From Azolla caroliniana (Eukaryota; Plantae; Polypodiophyta), in assembly GCA_043228905.1 (NCBI GenBank), contig JBHGNT010000006.1, positions 22,940,001 through 23,004,000 on the forward strand: 64,000 bases of DNA, read 5' to 3'. Positions 25,975-39,708 of the stretch are shown here, in pieces. Within the stretch, counting starts at the first letter, position 1. Every line of letters starts with the position of its first letter. The position numbers were made by a program, and so were the translations under genes. The notes below the pieces were generated by a model. The model made no database searches, was not told where the DNA came from, and saw only the letters and a list, made by a program, of their open reading frames with translations.

Positions 25975-28900
25975 AGGTTTCCAATGGACGTACTCACACT
26001 GTCCTCTTTTGAACACACTAGACTTAGTCTATTTATGTAAATAGTGAGAAGGGCAGTTGCCCTAAGTTACTCAGTATATAAACTGACTTTGTAACCTAGT
26101 TACGTGGTGGTTGCTCATTTTGTAAAAGTGGTAATAAACTTCGTTGACATTGTGCCTACCTATCTCTGATTCTCTCTCTTGCGTATTGGTTGTTATATTT
26201 TCTGTCTTTGCTATCATCAAAGCTATGGTCTCGCATCCATTTACGATCTTATCATAGAAGAGTGTTGATCTTGTTCCGCATTAGAAGACGACGTTCACAA
26301 CATCTGGTATCAGAGCTTGGTTGTCTGTTTGATTCTACTCCCGCCTTATATTGAGTCTCCATTGACAACTCTTGTTTGTGTATCCTGAAGATCTTAGTTG
26401 ATATCGATAGGCAACCTACAACAAGATTGTTTACGCAAAGAGAAATGTGACGAAGTCTGCACTCTATCGTTCTAGGTCACTCTTGGTTATGTGATCGTAG
26501 CCTCTTGGAGTGAGACTTCTATCTTGACTAGGCCAAATCGTTGCTTCACTCGGCTAGGCGGAAATCGAATAGGTCATCTGACGCTTTTCCCCTACTCGCC
26601 ATAGTCACCTCAAGCAAACACGACTCCTGGGGCAAACCCAATCTGTGTTTCATTCGACTGAACGACATTCGGGAGGACCAGTCGGATCCATCCCTCTCAT
26701 TGCTGCAGTTAACCGAAACAGGATCGGCCTGGAGTATTGCATATAATACGTGTTGAGAAATTTTAGAAGAATCGAATCATCAAATCCGGGTTCAACTCAA
26801 CTAAGTCAGTTGACAGTACTCACTCCGAACAAGATTCATTGATATTCGTAATCATCACGACTCGTGTTCAACTTCGGCTAGAATGGCATCGAGTGAGCCA
26901 AGTTGCTGCACTCCATCACAGTTCGTAGCTAACTCCCAACAAAGTCTATTATACAAACACAGATGTCTTCAACATCCGGCTCATCATAGATGAGTCTAAG
27001 GAAGTTTGATGGATCAAACTTCAACTTCTAGAAGGAGCAGATGCAAGACTATCTAATAGTCAAGGGGAAAATTGACCCCATTGAGAATGAAGACCCTCCA
27101 GAAGGATATAAGTTGCTTGAATGGGATAAACTTGACAGAATCGTCCGAGCCACGATTCGGATGCACCTATCGGAGTCCATGTACTTCACGGTGCAATCAT
27201 GTTCGACTGCCTTCCAACTATGGAAGACACTTTCAGACACTTAAGAAAAGAAGACCCGACTTGGTCTAGGCACACCTGAACGAGTACGAAAGCTTAAGCT
27301 CCCAAATTTCGGCCCAGGGGACGATTATCAAGGATGAACTAAAAGCAATGCTGCTTATGAGTAGTCTTCCTCCTTCGTGGGAAACTTTTGTCACAACCGT
27401 GTGCAATGCGTCGACAACTGTCGTCAAGTACTCTTCAGTCACGAGTGCAATTCTGACTGAAGTGGCTCAGAGAAAATCGTTTGCTAATGATTCAGCCAAC
27501 AACGCTTACGTAGTACAAGGTTCTACCAACCGATCGAACAACCGTGGAAGAGATTCTTCACGGCAACTGAACAACCCGCGAAGTCGGAGCAAGTCACGGG
27601 ATAATAGAGTATGCAACTACTACAAGAAACCCGAACACATCAAAGCCGATTGCCGTACACTCAAGCCCAAAACCGATAAGGCTCAGTGAGCCAAGCATAA
27701 GAATGGCCGACACGAGGAGATCAACTACATCGGCTCTTCGGCCAAAGTATTGATAAACGACCTAAATATACTATCAATTGAGAACCCACTCGAATCAGAA
27801 GTTTTGCTTACGACTAAAGAATCGAGCATGTGGCTCTTAGATTCGGGTGCGTCTTTTCATGTGACTCCTCATCGATCCCAATTTCGGCAATACACGGTCC
27901 AACATTCTGACTCAGTTCGGATAGGAAACTCGCTGCGACATAATTGGAATCAACACGGTAGAGCTCAACCTTGCGGGTGGCTCTACATTACTACTACACA
28001 ATGTCCAACCCGTACCTAAGCTCTCACAACCACTGATCTCGGTCAGACAATTCGATGAAGACGACATCCGTGCTAGCTTCTCATAAGGAGGGTGGACACT
28101 CCACAAAGGGAACCTCCTGCTTGCTCGAGGACCGAAGATACACTCATTGTATTCTTTGCATGTCACACTCAGAGAGGGTGACCTGTTTTTGGTTGACATT
28201 CCCGTGTCATCACTCTAGCACGGACAACTCGGACACCTCAGCAAGGCCGACATCACCCACTTATCTAGAGCCAAATACATCCCCAAACTCTCCTTCTCAG
28301 ATCATCAATTCTGCGAGCATTGCCAATACGGCAAGTAGATAGCCGTATTGGCGACGCTCTGTATTTCATAAGCTTTGTTGTACGTTTTAGGGTTAGGGTT
28401 AAGGACGATGATGATTATCAATGACAAAGATAGACATGGCGTAATAGTGAAGATAATGGAGAGTATGATGGTAAGAGAGATTGGCATGAAGATGTTGAGA
28501 ATCGTTGAGAAGCATTGTGGGGTGGGGGGTGGTGCCTAGAATGGCTCCACCCCCCTCCCAAGGGGGTTCAACGTTGAGGGAGAGAGATAGGAAAAGAGAT
28601 GACGAGAGAGAGAGAGAGAGAGAGAGAGAAATGATTCCTCCTTTTCATTCATTCCCCATAAGGGGGTTAAATAGTACAAGAGGGGGTAGATACAAAGGGG
28701 TGTAAGCCCCCTAGAGCATTCATACTGGACACTCACTCATACCTCCTCGTATCCATCCACATGCAGACACGTGTGCATGTGTTCACATACGTATCGACTC
28801 ACAATTACATTTATGCCCCATACACATACACAACAACATTATGATAACATTCGACCCTCGCTCATCACACTTGACTCTCCGTACATCTCGTACGGGGTAA

Positions 28901-31900
28901 CACAATATGGCACGCCCGTGGGAAAGTGCCTTGCACGTCGATCCCACATGCCTTGATGATGATATTTCTTCGACCGAAACTTCCATCGGTCCTTTCATTG
29001 ATCGACTCCCTCGATCGGAGTGCTTGACTCGAACATCTTTGTCGGTCAGCAAATCTTCCGCGACATGAACATTCTCGTTCTGTCGACTTACGAACTTCGT
29101 AAAATCATTCGGGTCGTCAAAAATATGTTGTATGTATGTGTGTTCTTCCTTTAATTTTTGTGTGGGTTGTCGTGGTCGATCACGTCGATTTCTTTAGGTG
29201 GATAAGTTTTTAGGTATTTTTAGCCTCAAATTTTCTAAACAAATGACAATGCCCTTAGGTTTTGAAAACTGTATATGTACCCTTATGTTTTTATAAAATT
29301 ATGTACCCTCAAGGCTTTTATAAGTATATTCGATACCCCTATCTCCTTTTTTCCCCTCTCTTTTCTTTCTTTCTTCATTCCTTTTTTTTTTTTTTTCTGT
29401 TTTGCCTCTCCCGCTCTTGTCTCTCTGTCCATGCCTTTCTCTTCTTCCATGAATTCTTCTTTCTCTTCCTTCTCTGTTCATCAATGGCTACATCTTCTTC
29501 CACTTCTTCTTCTTCGTCTTCTTGTATATCATCTCCTTTCTTCTTCTTTCTTTGTCTCTCGTGCTCGCTTCTCCGTCTCTCCGTGACTCCTTCCATTTCT
29601 CCTATCTTTCTTTCTCTTCTTCTCTATTTGTGCTGCTCCGTGATTTCTTCTCCTTCATTGTTTTCTTTGTTTTCTTTGTTTCAGTTGGCTGCACATCTCT
29701 GTCGCGTCATCCGTCTTTGTGCGGCCATTGTCCAGCGCCGACGTTATTCGGTCGTCTCTAGCTTCATTTTTGTCGCTGTTCAGCCGTGTCTTTCTGGCTA
29801 TCCGGCTCGTCCTTTCGGTCGTTGGTTGTCCAACCATTGCCCTCGCTTCGACAGCTATTCTGCCATTCTGGTTGGTCTAGCTATCTCCCGGCCATTCTGG
29901 CCATTTTGGCCGCTCTGACCACTATCCGACTTTGTTTGGTCGCTGCTCCGACCATCGCCATCATTGTTTGTTGCCTGTGTCGTCCGTCTGGTCCGGCCGC
30001 CTCCGGTTTGGCACCGTTCGGCCACTCTGACCGTTATGTGTCGTTGCACATTTCGGAAATCGATCCAGCTGCTATCCAACGGCTGCCGCTCTACCGCTAC
30101 CACTATACGACCGCCGCTCCATTCGGTGGCTGGCGCTGTCTCTGTCCGACCGGGTCGATCTGGCCACTCCGGCCACTAGTCGGCTATTCCGGCCGCTTTG
30201 GCCGCTCCTCGGCTCTCGGTTGCTCCGGCTGCCTCCGTTGCGGACTCCATCACCGTCTCTGTCGGTTTCGTCGTCGTCTGACACCGTCCGTCATCCTGGT
30301 GGCCTATCTGCTTCCCTGACCTTGTTCGGCCCTCCGGCCGCTCCGGCTGCTGTCGGTTGGTGATGACCGTTCCTGAAGCCTCTCTCATCTTCGTCGGCCC
30401 TGTCCGGCTGGTCTGCAGTCGCGTGGCTGGTCTGTTTAGTCGTCATCCGGTTGTCAGCCGTTGATATCTGACGGTTGTCTCTCCATCCGTCGCTTTTCGG
30501 CGTCACTGTTGTTGTTTCAGCTCTGTCTACTCTAATGGCTGCCTGACCATTACGGCCGCTTTGGTGCCAACCAACTCTTGTTGTAGTTCCAACTTTTTCT
30601 GCGTTGCTTCTCTGGAAACTAGAAACTGTGAACACGTCCCATTCCGGTCCCTCACATCTTGCTGGCCCACGCTCCACACATTGCGTCTTCCTCCGCAGTC
30701 TCCTTGGAACACGCACACGTTGCTGCTAACCGCACATTTGCACATTGTCATTTCCATTCTCGCACACTCATGTAACGCCATCGTTTTGCAACTTGTTTTG
30801 CAACTTCCTCTCATGCATTGACACCGTTTCTGTACATCTTGGCCAACATTTCTCGGTCATTTAGGGCAAAAACAGACCACACAAAACATTCACATATAGA
30901 GATTAATTCGTTGTAGAACTGTGCGGCAGTCAATCTTGTCAATCTTCCATTTCTGATTTCTTCCGCCTTTGCTGCATATCGCCATCATTACCCGGACATC
31001 TCTTACATATCATCATCACTATGCCTCACATTGTCGCGTATCATTCTTCGACTCCGTCTCCAAAGGGGGGTCGCCATCGTGGTTGCCAAAAGGTGTTGTA
31101 CATTTTAGGGTTAGGGTTAAGGATGATGATGATTATCAATGACAAAGATAGACATGGCGTAATAGCGAAGATAATGGAGAGTATGATGGTAAGAGAGATT
31201 GGCACGAAGATGTTGAGAATCGTTGTGGGGTGGGGGGTGGTGCCTAGAATGGCTCCACCCCCCTCCCAAGGGGGTTCAACGTTGAGGGAGAGAGATAGGA
31301 AGAGAGATGACAAGAGAGAGAGAGAGAGAGAGAAATGATTCCTCCTTTTCATTCATTCCCCATAAGGGGGTTAAATAGTACAAGAGGGGGTAGATACAAA
31401 GGGGTGTAAGCCCCCTAGAGCATTCATACTGGACACTCACTCATACCTCCTCGTATCCATCCACATACGTATCGACTCACAATTACATTTATGCCCCCTA
31501 CACATACACAACAACATTATGATAACATTCGACCCTCACTCATCACACTTGACTCTCCGTACATCTCGTACGGGGTAACAAGCTTCATTGACGACTCGAC
31601 TCGGAAGGTGTGGGCTTATACGATCAAAACCAAAGATCTGGTTTTCTCGATCTTTTCCGATTGGCTCGCCATGGTTGAGATTTAGTCTGGCCGAAAACTG
31701 AAATGCTTTCGGTCCGATATCGGGGGAGAGTTCAAATCAGAGGAATTCGTCAAATTTTGTTGACAACGCGGCATACGACGTGAATTTACGGCACCTCATA
31801 GTCCGGAGTAGAATGGAATTGCCAAGCGAATGAATCAGACAATTCAAGAAAGGATAGTTTCCATGCTCCAACACTCTGGACTGTCGGATGGCTTCTGGGC

Positions 31901-34467
31901 AATGGTCCTACTTACGGCACCGAGTAGGCCTCTAGGACTATGGATCTCTCAAGGACTATGGACCGACAGTAATCCGAATTACGACAAGGTGAGGATTTTC
32001 GAATGCGAGGCGTACGCCCTCACCCCAAAAGATGATCGCCGCAAACTTGCAGCAAGGTCCAGGAAATGTATTTTCCTCGGTTATGGAACAGATGGCAAAA
32101 TGGGATACCGACTCTAGGACCCCGAACACAGACAGATCGTCCGAACTTCAAACATCCTGTTCAATGAGTCGACCATGCATCAATCGGTCGAAAACCGATT
32201 GAAGTCCGAAGGGTAATCTTTTCCGATGTGCCAACCCTTCCGGAAGGCTCAATGCACAACACACGATCAGCTTCATGGGTAGCTGAACCTTCTAACACCA
32301 ACTCGGAGAATTTCGACTCGGCAAAGCCGAATGATTCGGCTTTGGACCATCCGACCACGACACCCAATGCAATTAGTCCAGTCATACCTCGAAGATCCGA
32401 GAGACTATTGCAACCCTCGGAGAGATACTCTCTTGGTATCTTCTTTATGGACGCCGGAGAACCGACATCATACAAAGAAGCATCGACGTTAGCCGATTCG
32501 GCCACTTGGCATCTGGCAATGGAGTTTGAAATGAACTCCATTTATGCAAACAAGACTTAGGACTTGGTCGAATTACCGAAAAATTGACGTGCTCTTTCGT
32601 GCAAGTGGGTCTATCGAATTAAGGAGACATTTGATTCAGCCAACCCAAAATTCAAAGCAAGATTAGTAGCAAAGGGTTTTCGATAGGAACACAACGTCGA
32701 TTTCGACGAAATTTTTTCACCAGTGGTAAAAATGACCACCCTTTGATTTATGCTCGGCGTAGTGGCAGCCGAGAATTTGGAGCTAATTCAGCTAGATGTT
32801 AAAACGGTTTTCCTCCAGGGTGGGTGATCTTGAGGAGGAAATTTATATGGAGCAGCCGAAAGGCTTTGTGGCACCCGACCAAGAACATCTAGTCTGCCGA
32901 CTCAGGAAGAGTCTTTATGGCCTGAAAGTAGCGCCGCGATAGTGGTACAAGAAGTTCAACGACTTCATCCAATCGATCGGCTTCTCAAAGAGTGATGAAG
33001 ACCGCTCTCTCTTCATGGAAACAACTCGAGATGGATCACCCCTCTTCCTGATCATCTACGTAGATGACATGGTAATCTCTGGATGCCATGCTCTCGAACT
33101 AGCCGAACTCATTCGCCAATTGCGGTTGAAGTTTGCCATGAAGGATCTCGGTCCAGCACGACACATCCTTGGTATGAAGGTAAGTCGGAATCGTAATCAA
33201 CGACAATTGTTTCTGTCCTAGTCCAACTACATTGGACATGTCTTTGGATGCTTCAATATGCAATCGACGAAATCTACCTCTACCCCGCTCCCTACTCATA
33301 CTCAGCTATCTCAGCGAGACTGCCAGACATCCGGTCTGGCTACACGACCGGATATCGCTCACGCCGTTGGAGTCATCAACAGATTTATGCATAATCCCAA
33401 CAGTCAAGCATGTGTTCAGATATTTGGTGGGCACAGAAGACATTGGTATTCTATTCGGTCCAAACGACATCTCAGGCGTAGTCGGATATACCGACTCAGA
33501 CTTTGCGGGTTGCATAGACAACCGGATATTGTTTCAAAATCGGTAATGGAATCATCTCATGGAAATCGAAACTTCAGGAGTGCACCGCCACATGAATGAC
33601 CAAGGCTGAATAAGTAGCCGCATCTGATGCGGTGAAAGAGGCCTTAAGGCTCGGTTGGATGGCCTGCACGTTTCGACAAGCCGAAATCGGCTCGGCTCCA
33701 ATTGTGTACAGTGATAGTTAGGGTGTTGTTGCTTTGTCGAAAAATCCGGTTCATCACAACACCTCCAAGTATATCGACATTTGATATCATTTCGTTTGGG
33801 ACTACAGGGAAAATCAATTGGGAGGAAATATCGACAACCGATAATGTCACGGACGCATTAACTAAGTGCCTTTCGGCGAATCAATTTCGATCCCTTTGGC
33901 ATTGAATGGGCATAATAATGAATCAGTCCAATTAAATCAGACACTTCTCGGACAATAGACCTAGATAGTTTGAACTTCGGCTTCAGTCTCTCCGAACTCT
34001 ACCAATCCGGCCTTCTGCTCTTCAGAGTTCACCAACTCGAATGAATTCTCGATTGTTCGTAAACATTGTAGCAATCTGTATTGTACATTCATTTTGGTCT
34101 ACAGATTTCGGATGTATATGCCCATTACGAGGGAGTGTTGAATACGGGCTTCTAATGGACATATTCACCCCGTCTCCTTTTGTACACACTAGGCTTAAGC
34201 TATTTATGAAAATAGTGAGAAGGGTAGTTGCCCTAAGTCAGTCAATATATAAACTGATTTTGTAACCTAGTTAGTGAGTTGTTGCTTTAAGTTGTAATAG
34301 ACTCTTTACAATGTGTCTAACTGTCTCTCTCTCTCATTGGCGTACTTTTTGTATCTTTTGTCTTTGTTGCTATAAAAGCTACGATCTTGTACCCACTAAC
34401 TATCTTATAGGAGCTTACAGGGAAGAGTGTTGACCTTGTTCCACATAAGATGACGGTGATCCCAACA
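25975..34467 (+). mobile_element. Decayed near-full-length Ty1/copia element with a nested insertion
   Basis: 5' LTR ends 26302 (its first bases are lost). PBS TGGTATCAGAGC (tRNA-iMet) 26305-26316. Gag, zinc knuckle, protease WLLDSGASFH, integrase FIDDSTRKVW, RT IYVDDM, RNase H. PPT and 3' LTR 34136-34467. The two LTRs are visibly diverged. Confidence 0.88.
28376..31580. mobile_element. Non-autonomous LTR element (LARD/TRIM-like) nested in the copia integrase
   Basis: LTRs 28376-28902 and 31094-31580 (TG..CA), perfect TSD AGCTT. Removing it restores DALYFISFIDDSTRKV. Interior is low complexity with no gag or pol. Orientation ambiguous. Confidence 0.92.
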
Positions 34468-34540
34468 ATTTTCTGAGTACGCAAATAGGCTCTCATACAC
34501 TTCCGCATACACACACACATTCCAACTATCCAAACCCACA
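34468..34540 (+). mobile_element. 3' tip of an LTR matching the LTR at 44925-45212 in opposite orientation
   Basis: TTTTCTGAGTACGCAAATAGG..CACACACATTCCAACTATCCA..CA is the reverse complement of about 44927-44990. Confidence 0.8.
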
Positions 34541-35080
34541 ACCAATGACATTAATTGAAAGTTATGAACTTTAAGATCTTTCTTTAAATTGAGAGAACCT
34601 TGTGGTCGGTAATCCACTATGTCATTTGAAGTGTTTGGGTCTATAGAGAGAGACCAAGTGTTCAACAACAATCTTGTCTTCTTCGAAAAATAGAAGTTGG
34701 CGACTTCACATGGTTGTGTAGATCCATGCGGAATAAAAAACGGTGGTACAATATGTAACCTCGTTAGCTCCACTAAAGTAGTTTCAAGATGCAGAAGACT
34801 CGCTATGTCTTCTTCACTCCACAACCTCTCCTTTCCAATAAGATGCAGCTTGTCTTGTAGTATCTTGTTTTATGTCTTGATGTTCTAATAGTTCTATTAA
34901 TCCCCACTCCATGACTACTCTAGATGTTTCCGTTCCACCGACAAATATAACCTAACTATGTTATAATTTGTAAATAATAATGTATATGGCTTACCAGTAA
35001 AACAATAAACTAAAACTTGAAAAGAAGGGAAAATCCATGTATACACCCAAAATATTGCTTTGGTATTATCTTAGACTTGT
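34541..35080 (-). pseudogene. P450 pseudogene (end of exon 2, intron 2, exon 3 up to just before the heme motif)
   Basis: DNTKAIFW followed by GT intron, then IFVGGTETSRVVMEWGL..SEEDIASLLHLETTLVELTRLH..DLKVHNFQLMSL. Frameshifts; cut by an LTR at 34540. Confidence 0.88.
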
Positions 35081-36166
35081 CAAACATATTGTTTTATTTA
35101 TTTTCCTTTTATATATTGAAGGCCCAATTCCTAATTAATGGTTCCTATGCTAAATTATACTAAAAATGCATTTTGGCACTAGTTAAATTACAAATTTATT
35201 GTTAAAAGAAGAATCTCATGCACCTGTCAATATATATGAAATTTGCACATAGAACTTGCTCATTAATATCTCTAGATATTTGCACATGTATAGGTGAAAT
35301 ATAGACCTCACCCATTAATATCCTTGACAAGCAAAACCTTATCATCAATTTGAATTATTTGAGGTGAATCACATCACAACGTTGATATTTGCATAATGTA
35401 TATGTTTTTGAATGTCTTACCCTTACATTATCCATTCTCATTTTAATTTCTTGAATACCATTTCTATTTTGTAGAGTCATTGGTACCTATATTAAATGGA
35501 TGGAGAATGTCATAGAGATACGTAAACAATATGGTGCTTTCTCTATAAAGAATCTAAACTTTAGAAGTTTCTTTTAAATCAAATGTGCGAATAAAATGAA
35601 TAGTAAAAGTAAATTCTTTTAGTGTGTCAACTTTAGAAGTTTCAAATTACTGATCTAGGTTTTTATGAGTTTGTGGTGTAGGGGGCATAAAGAATAATTA
35701 TCATTATATCATTCACGTGCGTAATACTCTCACCGTGTCTTTGTGAATCGTATTCTTGATCAAGTTTCACTATGTCATTGGTTATGTCATTATGTCATTA
35801 TGTCATTTTCTCATCAAGTTCATTCATTTGAGACAACCTCAGTTCAAATATCCACTCCATGAGGCACAACCCCATCCCATAGATTGCCATAAGACTATAG
35901 AAAGATATGAACTTGAGCGGATCCAACAATGTTCGTCTCTTCTACAAGATGGGGACCTTTATGATGTAATGTACATTTTGAACAAGTAATGGGATGCACA
36001 GTTCCAAATAATTTAGCATGGCCAGCCCCACATATAAAGTGCATGGATAAGAATACGTACAAATAGCCATAATCCCACCCATAGAGAGAGATAGACAAAT
36101 AGACAGAAAGACAGAGAGATAGAGAGACAGAGAAGTGGTCAATATGAGTACTTTTACCTTTCCTAG

Positions 36167-36908
36167 TGTTAGGAAGCAGGTCCCTCCAGATGGGAAAGAG
36201 AGCACAAGCTAGACTAGAGTCCGAACAACCAACTGAATGAAGGAGAGTGAGTTGGATCAGTTTGATCCGATGAAGAAGGGAGACAAGTTCGGATCCGGAG
36301 AGGCATCCGAAAAAGGTCCTATTTGTAAATAGGTTTTGTCGCGCCTACTTGGGCCAGAATTGTAAATAGCCTTAAAGTTGTATTAGTGTAATACAAGTAG
36401 GGAAATTAATTTGATATGATAGTGAGTGTAGAGAGTGAGCAGAGAGAGTGAGAGTGAGAGTGTGGTAACTCTGTAACTGTTTGTAGACGAAGAAGAACTC
36501 AAGGTTGTTATTTGTATTCTTCTCGATATAATGATTGGTTTTTTGGAATATGTGGACTCCCATGGTTTTTGCTTTTTTAGGGTTTTCCATGTTAAATACT
36601 GTGTCTCAGTGATCTTTGTATTTTTTCCTTGTTTTTTGTTGTCATTCAATCTCTTGCTATTCTCTCATTGTTGTTTAAGAATTGGTTGTGGTTGACTCCA
36701 TATCTAGCAAACTGGTATCAAACTGATGGATGAACATCTCGGAGGAATGTTCAAACGAACTAGCTCCAACTATTTAGTGTGGAAGTTGAAGATGAGGAAT
36801 ATGTTGGTGTGTAGAGGCATCTGACTACCAATGTAGTTCAGAGAGGGAAAGCTAGCTAAGATCGATGCATCAACCTAGGAGGTTATCCATAGAAAGAAAA
36901 CAACTTAT
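36167..36908 (+). mobile_element. Copia 5' LTR (36167-36709), PBS and decayed gag start
   Basis: TGTTAGGAAGCAGGTCCCTCCAGATGGG start, TGGTATCA at 36713, MDEHLGGMFK..NYLVWKLKMR. Confidence 0.8.
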
Positions 36909-39708
36909 ATGGATGTAGCTCAATTGGTAAGGTTGCCCAATAAGACCAGGAGGTCATGGGTTCATCCCCTTACATTCCATCATGGCATCTTGTTTATGAC
37001 ATCATCCTCCCTCTAAGGCCGCCTCCCCTAGGACCCATGACCGGCTTATGTGGGTATCGTTGATCAAACTATTGAATGACCTCTTTATTTAAATTTGTAA
37101 GTGTCTAACCAGTTCCCATGTGGGCATCTGAAATGGGGTATCCTTTCCATAAGCCCAAATATTGGAGTTGTTGTCGACGATAGTGGGAATCAAGGATCTG
37201 GTCAACCTTGTATTCCTCCCATGTCGACAATTCCACAGGTGACGATGGAGGAGGTTGTCATCCCCGAATTCGAGAAGGATGGTAGAGTTCGAGGAGGGAA
37301 ATGTGAAAAACATTGTGAATCCTAAATGTTTGGGGAAGTGCTAGCCGGAAGGTGACTTAGTTGATTCGCTCGATGATACAGTGTCGTGAAAATTTTGGGC
37401 CATAGTGAGAAGCCGAGGAATATCAGAAGAATCGGCGGAGTGCACCATGTGCACTTACCCTTGTAAAAACGTGTGAATAATAGGAGTTAAGTCAGGACAG
37501 AGGATCCCATGTAATAAGGGATTTATCCCACATTATTATGCATCCCTCTCCTTGTTCTATAAAAGGAAGGGCGTGCCCTTTGTAAAAGGGTTGCCCATTT
37601 TGTGTTAGAGGGTATACCGTTAGGTTTAGGGTTAGGTAGTTTCTCTTGTTCTTACTTTGTTCTAGGGTTTCGTCTTGGTAGTTTCTTCTTCTTCTTCTTC
37701 TTCATCGTGAAGGTTCAGAGTTTGTGTCTGTTTAGGGTTTGTTTCTACTTGGTCTCCTGTGCAAGACCCCGCTCGGCGCGATGAGCCCGAGAGCTCCCCC
37801 TATCTGCGGCTTGGCAACAGGCTGTTGTTGTAACCTAACCTACCTTGGTCTGGCTCGAAGCCGGGGATGTATTCTTTCCCTTGTAATATACATACTTGTA
37901 TCCGTTTGTGCATATTGGTGTATTTGGTGGTGTCGGAAGCACAACCCCTTACTTCCTGTGCATATGAGTCGGTGTCGCGTGCATGCTCTCCCTCTCCTTT
38001 GTCTCTCTCTCTCTCTCTCTCGTGTTCGGTTGCATCCGGGTTGTGTCCGGTGTCGGTTTTCTTTGCATCCCTCTTCTCCCTCGTCCGAGACGCCCGTGGT
38101 CTTGCCCCTTCTACACGCATGCGCGTAATAACGTGACAACGAAAGGGGCCTAGCTTTCTGTAGTCCAATCTCTCGCAGGGACATGGTAGCGATGTGGCGA
38201 CGTAACAACCAAACCATGTCCCTATCTGCAAACGTTAGCATGACGAAGAGACGTCGGTTAGCCCGATCTTTATATTGGTCCAGAGTGATACGAAGTTCTA
38301 GGGAGAGGTCATGATGGACATCATGTAAAGTGTGGGCACGTGTCTTTGCCGAAGGATTAAACGAACTTGAAGGAATGGAAATGTTGAAACGAGGATGAAA
38401 TCCATAGTTTGTAAAGAATGGGGAAACCTTAGTTCAAGCATGGATACTATTATTGCACACAAATTCCACCATTGTAAGGAAGTCCAGCCAATCCTCTTTT
38501 TGGTAGCTCACGATACACCAGAGGTATTGTTCGAGGATTTGGTTGACTCGTTCGGTTTGTCCATCAATTTGAGGATGGTATGTTGATGACAAGTTTAAAG
38601 AAATCTCGAATATCTGTAGAAGTCGTCGCCATAAGTGGGAGATGAATTGAGAACCTCGGGTAAGCTATGTAATTGGACGACATTTTTAATAAAAATGTCA
38701 GTTGTCTCCTCCCCCGAAATTGTTTTGGAACATGGGACAAAGGGAGCCATCTTTGAAAACGGATTGACAATCACTAGCACCGTGGCATGGCCACTGACCA
38801 AAGGGAGGTCGGTTATAAAGTCCATGGATATGGAGGCCCATGATCGACTTAGAATTGGGAGCGGGTGGAGAAGGTTGTATGATCGATGGTGAGCCACTTT
38901 GGAGCGAACACATACATCACATGTCTTGATAAATTCCTTGACAACTTTCCAAGGTTGCAACCACCAAAACCCCCGAGATAGCAACTCCATTGTTTTCATG
39001 ACCCCAAACTGCCCAGCAAGAGGATCATCACGACAGTTTTGTAGTACCCTTGTGTGACATGATCCTTCTGGAATGTACAGGAGGTGATTACGATAGAGTA
39101 ACCCATCCCAGGTTGTAAATTGGTTGAGATATCAGTTTTACATGTTTGGGGATGAGGCTTTGATGAGGGCCATGATTTCCTTGGCGAATGGGTCTGATAT
39201 GGTTGCCTTGGCGATCTCGTTGAGAAAAGAATCCTCACGCAACATGCAGGTTCTAAATGTCATCTGAAGTTGATCAGGCCTCAACAAACAATGGGGTTTC
39301 TGCAAATATGCATCTTCCCTTGGGCGCAATGTGAAATTAGGTCGCTGAGAGAGAGCATCATCTTTCCCATGTTGAACGTTGGGTCGAAACAAGATCTCGA
39401 AGTCGTAGTCGGCGAGAAAAGACGACCATCGGGCCTACCTCCAATTCAATGTATGATTGGTGGTGAAGTAAATTAGATTCTTGTGGCTAGTCAACATTTG
39501 GATACAATGTTGGGCCCTAGCCAAATAGAGCCGCTATTCGGCGAAGGCATAGATGATAGATGCAAGATCCTTGCCATAGACTGGATAATTGATTTCTGGG
39601 GCTCTAAACTTTTGGGAGTAAAAGGGAACAAGATGTAGGGTGGCATTGTCATCTAGTTGGGATAGGACAACTCCCATGGCAAAGTCAGAGGTGTCAGTTT
39701 CAATGTGG
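36909..39708 (-). mobile_element. Decayed chromoviral Ty3/gypsy 3' half (RNase H, integrase, chromodomain, PPT, LTR remnant 36909-37001)
   Basis: ETDTSDFAMG, SISMDFITDLP, LDYRKLGPFR and chromodomain QYLGLWKGY motifs, with many stops. Confidence 0.85.
37382..38138 (+). mobile_element. Solo LTR (757 bp) inserted in the gypsy GPF/Y region
   Basis: TGTCGTG...CGTGACA, CTATAAAAGG at about 37557, CT-rich tail. Interrupts GPFR|IIERIN; TSD degenerate (ACAG/ACGA). Confidence 0.75.

Noticed and set aside
28385-28404. Telomere-like TTTAGGGTTAGGG
   Set aside because: Only 2-3 units, repeated in both LTRs; an LTR motif, not an interstitial telomere.
29262-30821. Long overlapping ORFs (218, 177, 141 aa)
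   Set aside because: Arise from CT-rich and GC-rich low-complexity interior of a non-autonomous element; no recognisable domain.
36900-36920. Gypsy fragment starting exactly at the tRNA-like 5' end, suggesting retroposition of a Pol III transcript
   Set aside because: No TSD or tail, internal T-runs would stop Pol III, and a microhomology-mediated deletion against the copia gag explains it more simply.
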